Shown one piece after another: positions 11,101 through 20,731 of a stretch of DNA of 64,000 nt. Below the pieces are notes generated by a model. The model was not told the origin of the DNA and made no database searches. It saw only the letters and a program-made list of their open reading frames with translations. The position numbers and the translations under genes were made by a program. Within the stretch, counting starts at the first letter, position 1, and each line of letters begins with the position of its first letter. Source of the stretch: a phage; assembly GCA_017676145.1 (NCBI GenBank), contig GCA_017676145.1_3628.1; one strand, 5' to 3'.

Positions 11101-11945
11101 GCACCAACCAGCAAACCATACTTACCAGCAACATAACTAAGGTCTGCACCGCAAGCTTTCAGCATTTCTGCCATAATACTTGCTGGGGCCTCATCCATGT
11201 CAAACTCACCGTTAATGGTGTAACGTCGCTCACTGGTGCCGTCAGCGTTTTTTACCGCCTCGTCGCATATGTTGGCAGCCTCCTTGAAGGACTCCCAGTT
11301 GATGGTTTCGTCAGGACATTTAAGGTACGTTCTTAAATAGTCTAGGATCACCAAGGCCGCGTTATTGGTATACACCTCTTTACTGGTGCGAGGATCATAA
11401 CATTTTTTACCAACCTTGATGAGTGTAACGTTTGGCAACCCAAAAGGAAACTTGTTAGGGTCAAACCTGAAGCTAACACGTAGCCAGCTGATCCCTCTAC
11501 CTATCATGTCCGGTGACCACGATGGGCAGTGTGTGCCCATGAAAGGATCAGAGGTTTTTCTGTCGTTATGTAGCTCCCACGATACCAAATCTCCATACGA
11601 AGAAATAGGATTACCGTCGATAAGTATATCTTCTATACCTTCTAGCGGGTGATTGGCAAGAACAATGGCACAATGGAGGGTTCTGTCTCTATCCTGCTCC
11701 AAAAACGCAAGCAATCCAGATGTGCGTGTCTTCCCATACACTACAGAGCAAGGTGCAGCAGAAGATCTGAGAAGCTTTTGTCTATCTTGCTGACTTCTGT
11801 AAGATTTGTTACCCTCGAAAATCTTATCCAGAGTTCTGGTGGTAACAGTGTTCAGACTGTCAGCCAGAGCTGCCTTGGATGCGTTCCAGTCATAGCTTGA
11901 AGATCTTGCAGAAGCAACGATGTTATCAATCATTGCAATTGGCAT
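8106..11945 (-). CDS. lambda J-like host specificity protein (central tail fibre)
   Basis: 1279 aa; fibronectin-III-like segment (IQAPEAPVSVEVKQGYFAITLIPHS) and C-terminal block KYVAGIQLGMEGSGGQVQSYFMVSANNFAV resembling lambda gpJ ([30 protein letters not shown], recalled from memory); central coiled-coil repeats. Confidence 0.65.
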   Translation of the reverse strand: MPIAMIDNIVASARSSSYDWNASKAALADSLNTVTTRTLDKIFEGNKSYRSQQDRQKLLRSSAAPCSVVYGKTRTSGLLAFLEQDRDRTLHCAIVLANHPLEGIEDILIDGNPISSYGDLVSWELHNDRKTSDPFMGTHCPSWSPDMIGRGISWLRVSFRFDPNKFPFGLPNVTLIKVGKKCYDPRTSKEVYTNNAALVILDYLRTYLKCPDETINWESFKEAANICDEAVKNADGTSERRYTINGEFDMDEAPASIMAEMLKACGADLSYVAGKYGLLVGAYYGPATMTLSEDCVCGEVKIYPEASFDKRSNTITGRFTSPTKGYSETDFPSVFVPEWIEKDGERKIIDIDYRFVTSPYQAQRVSAIFLRRARAGRIIEVTCNMRGFKFKPGRYVTMDLPSIGIVGQEMRVLEWEFTKKGGVKVKLRQDAKEWNDATGQLPDSGDVDIPISPSGVAQPQNFRYSVLQAGEVTHGVLAWDNVGTYAQNIVQVRKNGEIIWTAQTVEQFVRVEGLTKGSYTATVVATSYKGGVSPEAYCEFNIQAPEAPVSVEVKQGYFAITLIPHSRDLASVSTQYDFWTSGMTRLPDTSDATVTSKATRMGVGSTWTSEGLQNDKIYYWYIRTTNAFGSSQFVECAARCYTSIEDLMPQIDAEFKKTETYKELMSTLDSSIEEVENRVTELNKYMDGRVDEAFQQLGDRIGAVVTETTQKFEDVNGNITALDKKLVAAQNKFTNDLNTESGRLASLIETTNKATTDLLNKKTEALDEKLVAAKGELVEQIGGVESGYLAGDKTLDGKINTQRTELDASILSTNKATVDLLNRTSETLDQKISQTNATVSKNYATLDGKITTAKTDLNTLIANTNKATTDLLNQKTSALSEQITSARGEISTNKQAIADLDGKLTSTKTALDATISDTNKATVDLINGTASAIRQELAVAKQEIIDDVGDVSELRAAVATTSKAVTDLEGKVNAQWGTKIQVDSAGNKYVAGIQLGMEGSGGQVQSYFMVSANNFAVYNPGNGTATLAFAIKNNQAFLKDAFIENGTISSAKIAQEISSNNYDGNGYHKYGWYINKNGHAQFMDVWVKGNINASAGNFTGAVNATSGTFRGDVYANNGSFRGTIDATGGTFRGRVEASVIRANQFEGAIVAHRTYGDCAPVYNSQQRVCRWRWRYVDNVSGQGKNVTFFFKLNGTLASSQLNAWIAGHQILAGKKYFNDNNGMCAVGITGLGEQTIDIVIEIYTPWSTSSVTGVTISCPTVIVSRSNSSFQGPWNESHD
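9100..9800 (-). repeat. in-frame tandem repeats (about 100 nt units) inside the J-like gene
   Basis: protein shows repeated TNKATTDLLN / TNKATVDLLN / TNKATVDLIN units; matching DNA units such as tggccttgttggtattggcaatcaagg and ttgctttgttggtatcggagattgtag. Confidence 0.4.
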
Positions 11946-12382
11946 TAATACCTCCAGACATCAACAACGATAGAATCTTTCATATCGAACGTAAAGATCC
12001 CTTTATCACCTTTCGCCCAAATCTGGTTGTTCCAGAACACACCAGCGGTGAGGCCGTTCAGACCTTCGAAAATAACAATATCGCCACGCTGAACCTGTTT
12101 AGGAGTATCCAGTCTAGTCAAAAAGAGATCAAAAATAGTAGGCAGGTGTGTGGTTTTGAAACGGAGCATGCACCATCTCTTGCTTTCCAACTCTGTTTTA
12201 TACGTTCCTTCAAAGTTAGAAAGAAAATCTGTTCCGTATTGGGCATCAACACACTTAGCCGCAAAAGTGCAACAATCGTGGAATCCCCATTCAAACGGGA
12301 CGGTGGCTTCTTCGTCAAATACTTTCCACAATTTTTCTTGCCAGTCTACTAAACGAGGGTGTGTGCTCATTAAACCTCCCAA
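11945..12382 (-). CDS. tail assembly protein, possibly NlpC/P60-like (gpK-like)
   Basis: 145 aa; FHDCCTF motif; immediately upstream of the J-like gene. Confidence 0.3.
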   Translation of the reverse strand: MGGLMSTHPRLVDWQEKLWKVFDEEATVPFEWGFHDCCTFAAKCVDAQYGTDFLSNFEGTYKTELESKRWCMLRFKTTHLPTIFDLFLTRLDTPKQVQRGDIVIFEGLNGLTAGVFWNNQIWAKGDKGIFTFDMKDSIVVDVWRY

Positions 12383-12936
12383 ATGATCGGGCGGCTCGCC
12401 ACCTGATCCACATATTTAAAAAATCTGTCATTATCGTTTCTTGAGCTATGGCTTTCCTCTGTGTATCGGTAAGGAAAACCTCTTAACCAGCTGTTGAAGA
12501 TGGAAGAGATGGATATGGACAAAGCACTATTCTCCCCTGTCTGAATAGCCATGTCCGTTATAAGGCCGTCAAACAAGCCATTAGTTGTAACAGGCAAACC
12601 ATTCTCCATAGCGGTGATATACAACGTGGCACGGCAACCGGAATACTCAGTCTTCAGAAGATCACCTACATACTTGGGATCAAACCCGTTCAATGTTGCT
12701 ACCACAGATCCGAAGTTGGTGGCATCTTTCTCAGACACAGCAGTCAATGTTGCTGATCCACCTATCCCTATAAAATGTTGCCCCTCAATAACCACAACAC
12801 CAGTTCCTGAGCACACCCTGACAGTCCCTGTTGGCAGCTCTAGCTTTGCAGCAATTAAGATCTCAACACCATCAAGCTCTAGCTTTTCAAGAAATAAATT
12901 ATCTAATGGCGCTCTTATCATCTTAGAAATCCTCAA
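12370..12936 (-). CDS. minor tail protein (hypothetical)
   Basis: 188 aa ORF overlapping neighbours; operon position. Confidence 0.3.
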   Translation of the reverse strand: MRISKMIRAPLDNLFLEKLELDGVEILIAAKLELPTGTVRVCSGTGVVVIEGQHFIGIGGSATLTAVSEKDATNFGSVVATLNGFDPKYVGDLLKTEYSGCRATLYITAMENGLPVTTNGLFDGLITDMAIQTGENSALSISISSIFNSWLRGFPYRYTEESHSSRNDNDRFFKYVDQVASRPIIWEV

Positions 12937-13513
12937 AGAAGTTGATAACTATATTGTCACCTTTCTGCATAGCATCAACCTTTTGCTTAATTTTATAAAG
13001 ATCTCGGATATGAAATCTACCCTTCGGAGATTGAGTTATTATTTTCATGGTATCCCCTGCGGCAATGGGTTTCCTAAGTCTTGGGGATATGTTTATAACA
13101 GCGGCCCCAACACCATCACTTCGTACTGAGGCTGTCACCACTTTCAACTCATCATTGACAGATATTTTATCTCCAGCTCTGGCTATATCCCTGTTAGGCT
13201 CCCAACCAACCGTCTTCAAAAAATCGTCGTTACCAGTCGGTCCTAGAGCGATTGGCTCATTGGAGGTCACTGAATGCCCATAAGCCTTGATAAGAAAAAT
13301 GTTTCCATCTTTGTAAACCTGATCAACAAAACTTTTAAGCTCTAACAACTGAGACTCGCTGATATTGGAAACCGTCAAAGTGCCTTTCCAATTAGGTGTG
13401 GCATAGGTTACTTTTTGCGTTTTACCTGTAAACGGGCTTTTAAACGTAACAATATCTGCCAACAACTCCAATCTAATGTCTGGAAGGTATCTAGGCCTTT
13501 CCCATAAAAACAT
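12923..13513 (-). CDS. minor tail protein (hypothetical)
   Basis: 196 aa ORF; operon position. Confidence 0.3.
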   Translation of the reverse strand: MFLWERPRYLPDIRLELLADIVTFKSPFTGKTQKVTYATPNWKGTLTVSNISESQLLELKSFVDQVYKDGNIFLIKAYGHSVTSNEPIALGPTGNDDFLKTVGWEPNRDIARAGDKISVNDELKVVTASVRSDGVGAAVINISPRLRKPIAAGDTMKIITQSPKGRFHIRDLYKIKQKVDAMQKGDNIVINFFEDF

Positions 13514-13570
13514 TGTGCCTCCAGGTTAAACAATCATGATAATTATTTTACCAGATTTTAAGTTAATACG

Positions 13571-13603
13571 CAATATAAACAAAAAGCCCCCGCCGAAGCG
13601 AGG
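13571..13603 (-). terminator. rho-independent terminator after the large fibre gene
   Basis: CCCCCGC-CGAA-GCGAGGG hairpin with flanking A-run (U-run on minus strand). Confidence 0.5.
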
Positions 13604-13612
13604 GCAAAACAG

Positions 13613-16600
13613 TTACTTCAATTTTCCTTGTAACTCGGTGACAACCTCTGTCAATTTTTTAACCTGTTCCTCAAGGGAGGTTATTCTATCATCTTGTTCT
13701 CTGCAAACCTGAACAAGCAATCCTGTTACAGCAGCATAGTCAACATTATAGAATCTTTCCTCGGTCATCAGAGGAATACCATCTTGAGTAGGACCAGGAA
13801 CCTCTTTCCTTTTCACGAAAGAACCAACCGCTTCAGGTAATGCTTCCATAACCTCTTGAGCAATTACCCCCGCGTGAGGCATACCATTCTCTTTTAGAGT
13901 GTAGGTATAGCCTTTCATCTTACGGATAGCTTCCAGCGCGTTAGGAATAACCTCTATGTTATCCTTCAGGTCACGGTCAGAGCTCTGGCTGACAGCAGTG
14001 CACTCTACTACGCCGTTAACAGCAAGGTACCTTGACTTGGCCTCATCTGTCTTAGCACCACAATGCCATACCCAACTGGCAGATGTAGCGTTGTCGTTTA
14101 TCTGGAACTCAAGCACGTTCTTCCTGTCTGCGCCATTACCCCAGTAGTACATTCTGCCTGTATTAGAAGGCATGTTGGAAGTGTTGGTAACATCAGTCCC
14201 ACCACCTGTATGTATCATGAACTCCGGGTCAAGATTGGAGCCTGCGGTTTTAAGAGTAATTCCCTTACCACCAAGCTGCTGCCAAGGTCCCCATGTGAAA
14301 ACACTACCTATTGTTGTTCCATAACGCAGGAATTTTTCCCCAAGATATGATATATACTCCTGTACGCAACTCTCTGGAACATTGGCGTAGTTCCTGTACA
14401 CTATAAGCGTACCTGCTCGGGAGCATGGGTAGTTTCTATCAGGTGTGGCTTGAGCATTGGCCTCCTGATGATAAAAACCTTCCCTATCCCCTTTATAGTC
14501 GTTAAGGTCATTAACCCCCAGACCTTGCCCTCTGTGTTGTATGACCTTGTTCCACGCTCTATGGTTACCACCCTCGATAGACCTGGTGTATAACTGATCA
14601 AGGCGACCAGCCATTTGGAAAGCATAGTTCCCAGAAAAAGCCACAGACAGTCCACCAACAACCATCGAACCTTCTGGTCCGTTGACGTTGCCAGCCATTA
14701 TTTTGGACGGGTTATTAGGCCCAAACTGGTTGTTCCAGTCTGCACCAGTGTGGCATACAAAACCACCAGGAGCTGAGAAAGTGCCATCTTTGTTGAAGTT
14801 GTAGAATCTGTGAGCAGAACCTACAACATCACGAACAATAACTTGACCAGCCTCTGGAGTAGATCTGAACTCTGCCTGTCCTTGCAGTCTTGCGCCATTA
14901 CCGCATTTAGAGGTAAAGGTATTGTTGATCAGATCCTCTGTTCCTTCCGATGCAGCTTGGAACCCTGCGTTAGAGAACAGTGCTTTTCTAGTGGTTTGGC
15001 TACCCGGGCAAATGTAGTTAAGACCGTTGTACCACATCTCTACAGGGGGCATTTCTGTCTTACTCATCAGAACCATTCGGTCAGGTGTGCCTATATAGTG
15101 CCGATCTGTACTACCGCCTGTATAGAACCCAGGTGTTCCCTTGAACTCCGCAAGAGTCCTAGTGTTTGTTACATCATCACCTTTAATTGCAAGGCTTAAA
15201 TTATCCGACGCAAGAGGGGCGCAAAACTTGACACCATCTTGGTTATTAGTAACATTTCCTACCTGCCAGTCATTTTCTCTGGTAAATACCTCAAGAACGT
15301 TTCTGCTTGTGTAGACACTGACAGGGAAAGCACGCGACTCAACATAGAATGCAACATACTCCTGCTTTCCTCTGGTTGGGGATACACATCCAAGAATTGC
15401 TTTCTCGTTTTGGTAGAAATTAATAACCCCTTGGAAAGAATCCCCTCTGTCTGTCCACCCACCGGTTCTATAGTGACACTGTAAGGTCGCACAGTTCATA
15501 GGGTCACTGCCAGATGACGATCTGGTAACTATAGTAATATCAGTACCAGTTGTGGGCGCATAGTATGGATCTGTTCTAACGATGATTGGGTAGTATTTCC
15601 CATCTTCCATTCCTGCAGTTCTTGGCAGTGTTAAGAAATCTTTTACGCCTGCCGCTACAGGAACTTTGAACAGATTCTGAGCATCTGCTAAAGTTGTAGC
15701 TCCAGTGCCACCTGCGGCCTGAGGTAAAGGTTCCCACTTGGCCTTCCGGTTGTTATAAACACCCCATTCCAGAGTACCATTACCGGACTCATCCATCCCT
15801 CCATCCCAGACGACCATCTTGGCGGCTTTCTTGGAACCCCAGAATCCTCTTTCTGCCCCTGAACTACGAATCCATTCTCCAAGTCCCCAGTTTGTCAGCT
15901 GACCAGTGAGATCCCCGACCTGCATGTACTTAGGACAATCTAATACACCATCTTCACGGAATCCTAAATACCGATGAGTTTCAGATCCTTTTGCGCCTTT
16001 GTGCAGGTGGACTGTTAACCAAGTCTTATTGTCGTTTCTTACCTCGGAGTAGATCCTATACCCATGCTCAAGGACACCGTCAGCACTGTATTTGTCCCCG
16101 TTAACAATACCTGATGCCGACTTAACATCAGCAGAGCTTTGAGACAGGTAAAGGTGCCCGAAGGTAGGGGAATTTCTAGACCCAAGACCGATGTGCGATC
16201 TAAAAGTATCATCGTTACGAGGTCTGACCATTGGCTGCCATGCAGTCCACTGGTTTGTGTTGGCCTGATAGGTTCTTAAATACCAAACATCTACGTTAGA
16301 GAATGGATAGTATTCCTGACGACAGCCAGTGCCACCGTTAGCATTGTTCTGCCAAACAATCAAGTGACCAGCACCAGAACCTGCAGGATAACCATTTGCC
16401 TCAGTTGCATTAGCTGTCATCGGCTGGTAGTATATGCCGTCCTGATTACCAGTCAAGTTATTGATATTGAAATTTGCCTCAAGGGCTGCACGTTGCTTAT
16501 AGAAAGCACCGATATTGATACGGACTCCAGCGGCATCTCTGGCTCCTGTACCGCCTTGCTCTATAGCAAGAGGTTGCCACGAGGCTGTTTGCTGGTTCCA

Positions 16601-17419
16601 CATACCCCAACGGCCTGTTGCATCAAGCTGCAAGTACCCTGCCGTGTTTAAATCATCTCCAGCACGGATAACTGTTCTTGTTGGGTTGTTTGCCTCCAGG
16701 CGTTTAAATTCATCACGAAGTGCTATTCTTTTTGTTGTTGCTACACCGTTGGTTACTGCAATGGTATACATGGCTCCAGAGGTAGCGCCACGGAAAATAC
16801 CATCAACAGTCGTAGTATCACGACGAGATACCACACCGTTCAAAAATTTTTCACCAGCTGCTTCAGAGGGGTAGTTAGTAGTTCTTCCCTCTTCAATAAC
16901 TGCAGGACCAACAAAGTTGACAAGGTGAATAACATCGCCTACAGTATGCACTGTACCAAAATCTACCCGCTGTGCAAGTGCTTTAGCATCGTTGGCTGTC
17001 TGAACCGTAACATCCATTACATCCTGGACAGACTGCCCTTCGGCTGTCATGATCATAGATGCGCCAATGGTAGACTCCAACTCCTCCCTTAAGGACGGGT
17101 CTGTATATACCATCCATGCAGCATCAGTAATCCCACCATCAGAGTACGGTGAAGACAGTGCAGGCACAGTGTGTGGAAATTCGCCTTTCCAACGCAGGTA
17201 GAGGTCTTCCTCTTCGAAGTAGGCAAAATCCATTGGGCCGTTTAACTTACCACCTTCCTTAAAGGAGATTACATGAGAAACAGTCCCATCCACATGGACA
17301 ACATCGCCAATTTTTACACGACGGGTCAGGTCTGGTTGTTGAACAACCAGGTAATCATCCTCTGTCACTGCGGTAGTGGCAGGAAGAGATTCAATTCTGA
17401 CAACTTTAATATCAGCCAT
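13613..17419 (-). CDS. tail fibre or tailspike with C-terminal intramolecular chaperone (peptidase S74-type) domain
   Basis: 1268 aa; C-terminus SSDRDLKDNIEVIPNALEAIRKMKGYTYTL matches the autocleaving chaperone signature; N-terminus shares an anchor motif with 20054-20722; internal duplicated segment. Confidence 0.6.
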   Translation of the reverse strand: MADIKVVRIESLPATTAVTEDDYLVVQQPDLTRRVKIGDVVHVDGTVSHVISFKEGGKLNGPMDFAYFEEEDLYLRWKGEFPHTVPALSSPYSDGGITDAAWMVYTDPSLREELESTIGASMIMTAEGQSVQDVMDVTVQTANDAKALAQRVDFGTVHTVGDVIHLVNFVGPAVIEEGRTTNYPSEAAGEKFLNGVVSRRDTTTVDGIFRGATSGAMYTIAVTNGVATTKRIALRDEFKRLEANNPTRTVIRAGDDLNTAGYLQLDATGRWGMWNQQTASWQPLAIEQGGTGARDAAGVRINIGAFYKQRAALEANFNINNLTGNQDGIYYQPMTANATEANGYPAGSGAGHLIVWQNNANGGTGCRQEYYPFSNVDVWYLRTYQANTNQWTAWQPMVRPRNDDTFRSHIGLGSRNSPTFGHLYLSQSSADVKSASGIVNGDKYSADGVLEHGYRIYSEVRNDNKTWLTVHLHKGAKGSETHRYLGFREDGVLDCPKYMQVGDLTGQLTNWGLGEWIRSSGAERGFWGSKKAAKMVVWDGGMDESGNGTLEWGVYNNRKAKWEPLPQAAGGTGATTLADAQNLFKVPVAAGVKDFLTLPRTAGMEDGKYYPIIVRTDPYYAPTTGTDITIVTRSSSGSDPMNCATLQCHYRTGGWTDRGDSFQGVINFYQNEKAILGCVSPTRGKQEYVAFYVESRAFPVSVYTSRNVLEVFTRENDWQVGNVTNNQDGVKFCAPLASDNLSLAIKGDDVTNTRTLAEFKGTPGFYTGGSTDRHYIGTPDRMVLMSKTEMPPVEMWYNGLNYICPGSQTTRKALFSNAGFQAASEGTEDLINNTFTSKCGNGARLQGQAEFRSTPEAGQVIVRDVVGSAHRFYNFNKDGTFSAPGGFVCHTGADWNNQFGPNNPSKIMAGNVNGPEGSMVVGGLSVAFSGNYAFQMAGRLDQLYTRSIEGGNHRAWNKVIQHRGQGLGVNDLNDYKGDREGFYHQEANAQATPDRNYPCSRAGTLIVYRNYANVPESCVQEYISYLGEKFLRYGTTIGSVFTWGPWQQLGGKGITLKTAGSNLDPEFMIHTGGGTDVTNTSNMPSNTGRMYYWGNGADRKNVLEFQINDNATSASWVWHCGAKTDEAKSRYLAVNGVVECTAVSQSSDRDLKDNIEVIPNALEAIRKMKGYTYTLKENGMPHAGVIAQEVMEALPEAVGSFVKRKEVPGPTQDGIPLMTEERFYNVDYAAVTGLLVQVCREQDDRITSLEEQVKKLTEVVTELQGKLK

Positions 17420-17454
17420 TCTTTCTCCTGAAAGGGGGCAAACAGCCCCCTATG

Positions 17455-20052
17455 TTAAAGGTACAATCCACGGTATTGAGCATAAAGTCCCAGACCGCGA
17501 AGGATTTCGCCAGAGTGATAGCCTACCGGATCAGAAACTGCCCAGCAGCCGTTTAAAACATTATCCCCGTTAATGAAGTGGTGCTTTTGCAGTAACTTCA
17601 CACAGGCTTCTACAACAATATCTATTTGAGGTATTGTCTCTGAATACCCGCAAAGACCTAGCCAGCAGCAACCTGCAAGCCATTCACCTACCACCCACAT
17701 CCTGTCACCTCTGTCTTGATAAGAATATCCTCCTGAGGTGTTAAAGTCTGTAGGGAGATTTCCGGAATGAGATGACTGGAATCTGTTGAGGAACCATGCC
17801 CATTTCTGGCAGAACAGGAACAGTCTTTCGTCAACAGGTTCTTTATGTTTCTTAAGCTCATATAGTGTGCGGCACGCAGCAACAAAGGCTCTTGATTGGA
17901 GTTTAGAGTTATCTACCATCTCCCACCAACCAGTCAACCCTTCATTACCCCTCTGCCATACGTAGCGGGATGCAACTGGTCCTTCTGTTTTAAATGTGTT
18001 ATTATACCAAACTTGGGAGTCGTACATAAATCCAATTGTATTTGCCAATCTTTGACGATCTATGTTTTCCGCACCCATACAGTAGACTACCGGATATTGC
18101 ATTCCGGGATAGGGCCAATTTGGCCTTTCCTCTAGAAGATAATTTTCCTTATCTATCACCTTTCCGGCAGGGAACACACCTGGAGTGTGTCTGTATGCGC
18201 CTTGCTTGTAGTTTCTGACATAGCAATCACCAACCTTGGCGGTTGATTCTGTCTTGCTTGCCATCCATACACTAAACCAGATCAGATAAGCATCCCTATC
18301 TGCAACATAAAATTGCGGCAGCGTGTTGACGCAATACAGATCGAACAAGCCATTACCTATCTGCCTGTCGCTCAGACTGAAATCTACAGAGGTAATTCCT
18401 TTAGGGTTGGCAAAGAAAGGTTTAATCTCATCTTCTGTGTGATGAGGTTGTGTTGGATCTAGTTTAAAATCACCTAGGGTAAGAGTTTCTGTTATCCATT
18501 GTCCGTTAGTGGCATATAGATCAGCATACCATAACCAACGGTCTTTGTCAAGAAATTTGACCCTTACCATCTCATCATCTGATCGATAAGTTACTGAATT
18601 TAAAGAAATCTCTCTTCCAAAATTGAAAGTTACTTTGCCTCTTACTATGTTGCAACGGGTGAAGTTGTCGGAGTGGTTGTAAATGTCGGTATCATACTGC
18701 ATACTAACACTAGCGCCACCGCTTACGGCAATGTTTTCCTCTTTTGGCAAGAGATACGGGTTACCGTCTTTACCAACCACCTCTACGAAATCAGTAACTT
18801 TGGCAACTGTCTCTGTTACTTCTGACCCTCCAAAAGGGACCCCTATCCTATACTGTTTTTTGTTATTGTTGCCATCATTAAGGATGAAATGTGGCTGGAA
18901 CAGAACCCCCTCTCCTCCGAAATTCATAACAATTTCAGCATCTCTGCCTATCTTGTATGTAGTCCCTTTTTGGATTATTTCGCAAGGCTGGCGTGCGTTC
19001 ATTCTAAAATTGATATACCCGTCGCTGTCCCTACTCATGACAGGAACTGTTCCTGCAACGAGACAAGTACCATCTGTGAACGGTGCCTTAATCAACGTGG
19101 TCTTTCTAAACAACTTGTCGTAGGCATTTATATCACTGAAATTAAGCAACTTGTTGTAAGACTGTTTAAACGCGGTGTAATACTTTTCCTCGCCTGTCAA
19201 AGTGTAGAGTTGATAACAAGCGTCACACCACATTTCTTCCCCGTCCAACTCTGGGGCTTGATTGTCTGCAACCACATTTATAGGGTTTACAATTACAGGG
19301 GATCCAGCAGGTATCACCGATCCACCCTGCTCTTGTGGCAATCTCACACAGTAGGTTACCTTGTGGCTGCCTGTAACACCCTTATCCTGCAGTTGGATTG
19401 TGCCGAACTCTGCAGACGTATGACCACTGTCGGCTATGCTACCGTTGGCCCAATAGCGGTTACCATCCCATGCTATATACCACTCAACCCACCAACTTAA
19501 TCCAGATGTTGTCCAATTTGGGTTAGCATCCGTGCCGCCGTAAACATCAGAGTCTACAGTGTTTCTTCCTAGCACACCGTTATACGCTTGAAATGCCTTG
19601 TCTAGGTATTCACCCCATGTCGGAGATCCAGCTGGGATTTTTCCTCTACCATTGGTAAAAGACACCACTACATCTTTAAACCCACCATGTGATGGGACCC
19701 CGTCTGTAGATAATGGGTAGTGGGACAATCTTTGCATTTTACTTTCTACTGCATATGCACCCAGAAGATGACTGTTGTAGGCTTCCCAGGCTTCTTTGGC
19801 CCTATCTAGATAAAAATCGCTTTTCGATGCCCTGTATGCTTCAATGTATCCCAGAATCAACACAGCCTGAGCTTCATGCATTGCCCAATCATTATTTATC
19901 TTACTCCCTGACCAACCTGACGCTATAAGTCCATCCTGGTTTACCAGCTTGTTCTGCGTGGAGAGATTGGTAATGCCTGTGTTATTATCGAGGCACTTCC
20001 TGTGCCCCTCAATCATCTGAAATACGTTATCAATGTTGTGTTGAATACGCAT
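17455..20052 (-). CDS. putative polysaccharide-degrading enzyme (depolymerase-like tail protein)
   Basis: 865 aa; no N-terminal anchor; Trp/Tyr-rich segments; follows a short anchor-bearing protein. Confidence 0.4.
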   Translation of the reverse strand: MRIQHNIDNVFQMIEGHRKCLDNNTGITNLSTQNKLVNQDGLIASGWSGSKINNDWAMHEAQAVLILGYIEAYRASKSDFYLDRAKEAWEAYNSHLLGAYAVESKMQRLSHYPLSTDGVPSHGGFKDVVVSFTNGRGKIPAGSPTWGEYLDKAFQAYNGVLGRNTVDSDVYGGTDANPNWTTSGLSWWVEWYIAWDGNRYWANGSIADSGHTSAEFGTIQLQDKGVTGSHKVTYCVRLPQEQGGSVIPAGSPVIVNPINVVADNQAPELDGEEMWCDACYQLYTLTGEEKYYTAFKQSYNKLLNFSDINAYDKLFRKTTLIKAPFTDGTCLVAGTVPVMSRDSDGYINFRMNARQPCEIIQKGTTYKIGRDAEIVMNFGGEGVLFQPHFILNDGNNNKKQYRIGVPFGGSEVTETVAKVTDFVEVVGKDGNPYLLPKEENIAVSGGASVSMQYDTDIYNHSDNFTRCNIVRGKVTFNFGREISLNSVTYRSDDEMVRVKFLDKDRWLWYADLYATNGQWITETLTLGDFKLDPTQPHHTEDEIKPFFANPKGITSVDFSLSDRQIGNGLFDLYCVNTLPQFYVADRDAYLIWFSVWMASKTESTAKVGDCYVRNYKQGAYRHTPGVFPAGKVIDKENYLLEERPNWPYPGMQYPVVYCMGAENIDRQRLANTIGFMYDSQVWYNNTFKTEGPVASRYVWQRGNEGLTGWWEMVDNSKLQSRAFVAACRTLYELKKHKEPVDERLFLFCQKWAWFLNRFQSSHSGNLPTDFNTSGGYSYQDRGDRMWVVGEWLAGCCWLGLCGYSETIPQIDIVVEACVKLLQKHHFINGDNVLNGCWAVSDPVGYHSGEILRGLGLYAQYRGLYL

Positions 20053-20053
20053 C

Positions 20054-20722
20054 TTAGATAGCTCCTGCTATAATCAGTGCCCCGTACCAAGTTAACCCGT
20101 TGTCGTAGGTTTCTAACTTGAAAATATCTGTTGCACCAGCTGTAAATGTTAGGATAGGATCTCTTCCGTATGCCCATTTAACATTATCAGGCCAATAGAC
20201 TTTGTTACCGCCAGAGGTCTGAGTAATGCATACGGTTATAGTTCTCGCTACCCCTTCAAGACCTTCTGTCTGATTTTCAAAAGAGATTGTGGTATTTGAA
20301 GTTAGTCGAACTTTAAAAGTGTCCGCAACTTCAAGATCCATATCAAGCTGACCACCAATAGATCCGTAATCAACTATTCTGCCAGAAGAAGTTGCAGCAA
20401 GCTCCCCAAAAACAGACCAGGCTTTTGCAGACACACCCCCAGCACCCTCTACAGTAGAGTCTGGGAGGATTATTTTAGGATAATCCCCGTTCCACGTGTA
20501 GTAGCGCTTAGTTTCTGGATCATAAGCAAAGTCCTTCTTGCTCTTAAGATAACCACCCTCTGTGAAATAGACTATCTTAGTAATGCTAAGATCGTTGACA
20601 ACATCGTCAATCTTAGCCTTTCTTGTCCCATCAGTCTGGTTGACAACCAAGAAGTCATCACTCAGGACTGTTTCTGCATCTTCAAGATCTGGAATTGGTA
20701 TTGTAGGATAAGCTACAGCCAT
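20054..20722 (-). CDS. tail fibre adaptor with conserved N-terminal anchor domain
   Basis: 222 aa; N-terminus DFLVVNQTDGTRKAKIDDVVN parallels DYLVVQQPDLTRRVKIGDVVH of 13613-17419. Confidence 0.45.
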   Translation of the reverse strand: MAVAYPTIPIPDLEDAETVLSDDFLVVNQTDGTRKAKIDDVVNDLSITKIVYFTEGGYLKSKKDFAYDPETKRYYTWNGDYPKIILPDSTVEGAGGVSAKAWSVFGELAATSSGRIVDYGSIGGQLDMDLEVADTFKVRLTSNTTISFENQTEGLEGVARTITVCITQTSGGNKVYWPDNVKWAYGRDPILTFTAGATDIFKLETYDNGLTWYGALIIAGAI

Positions 20723-20731
20723 GATTTCTCC

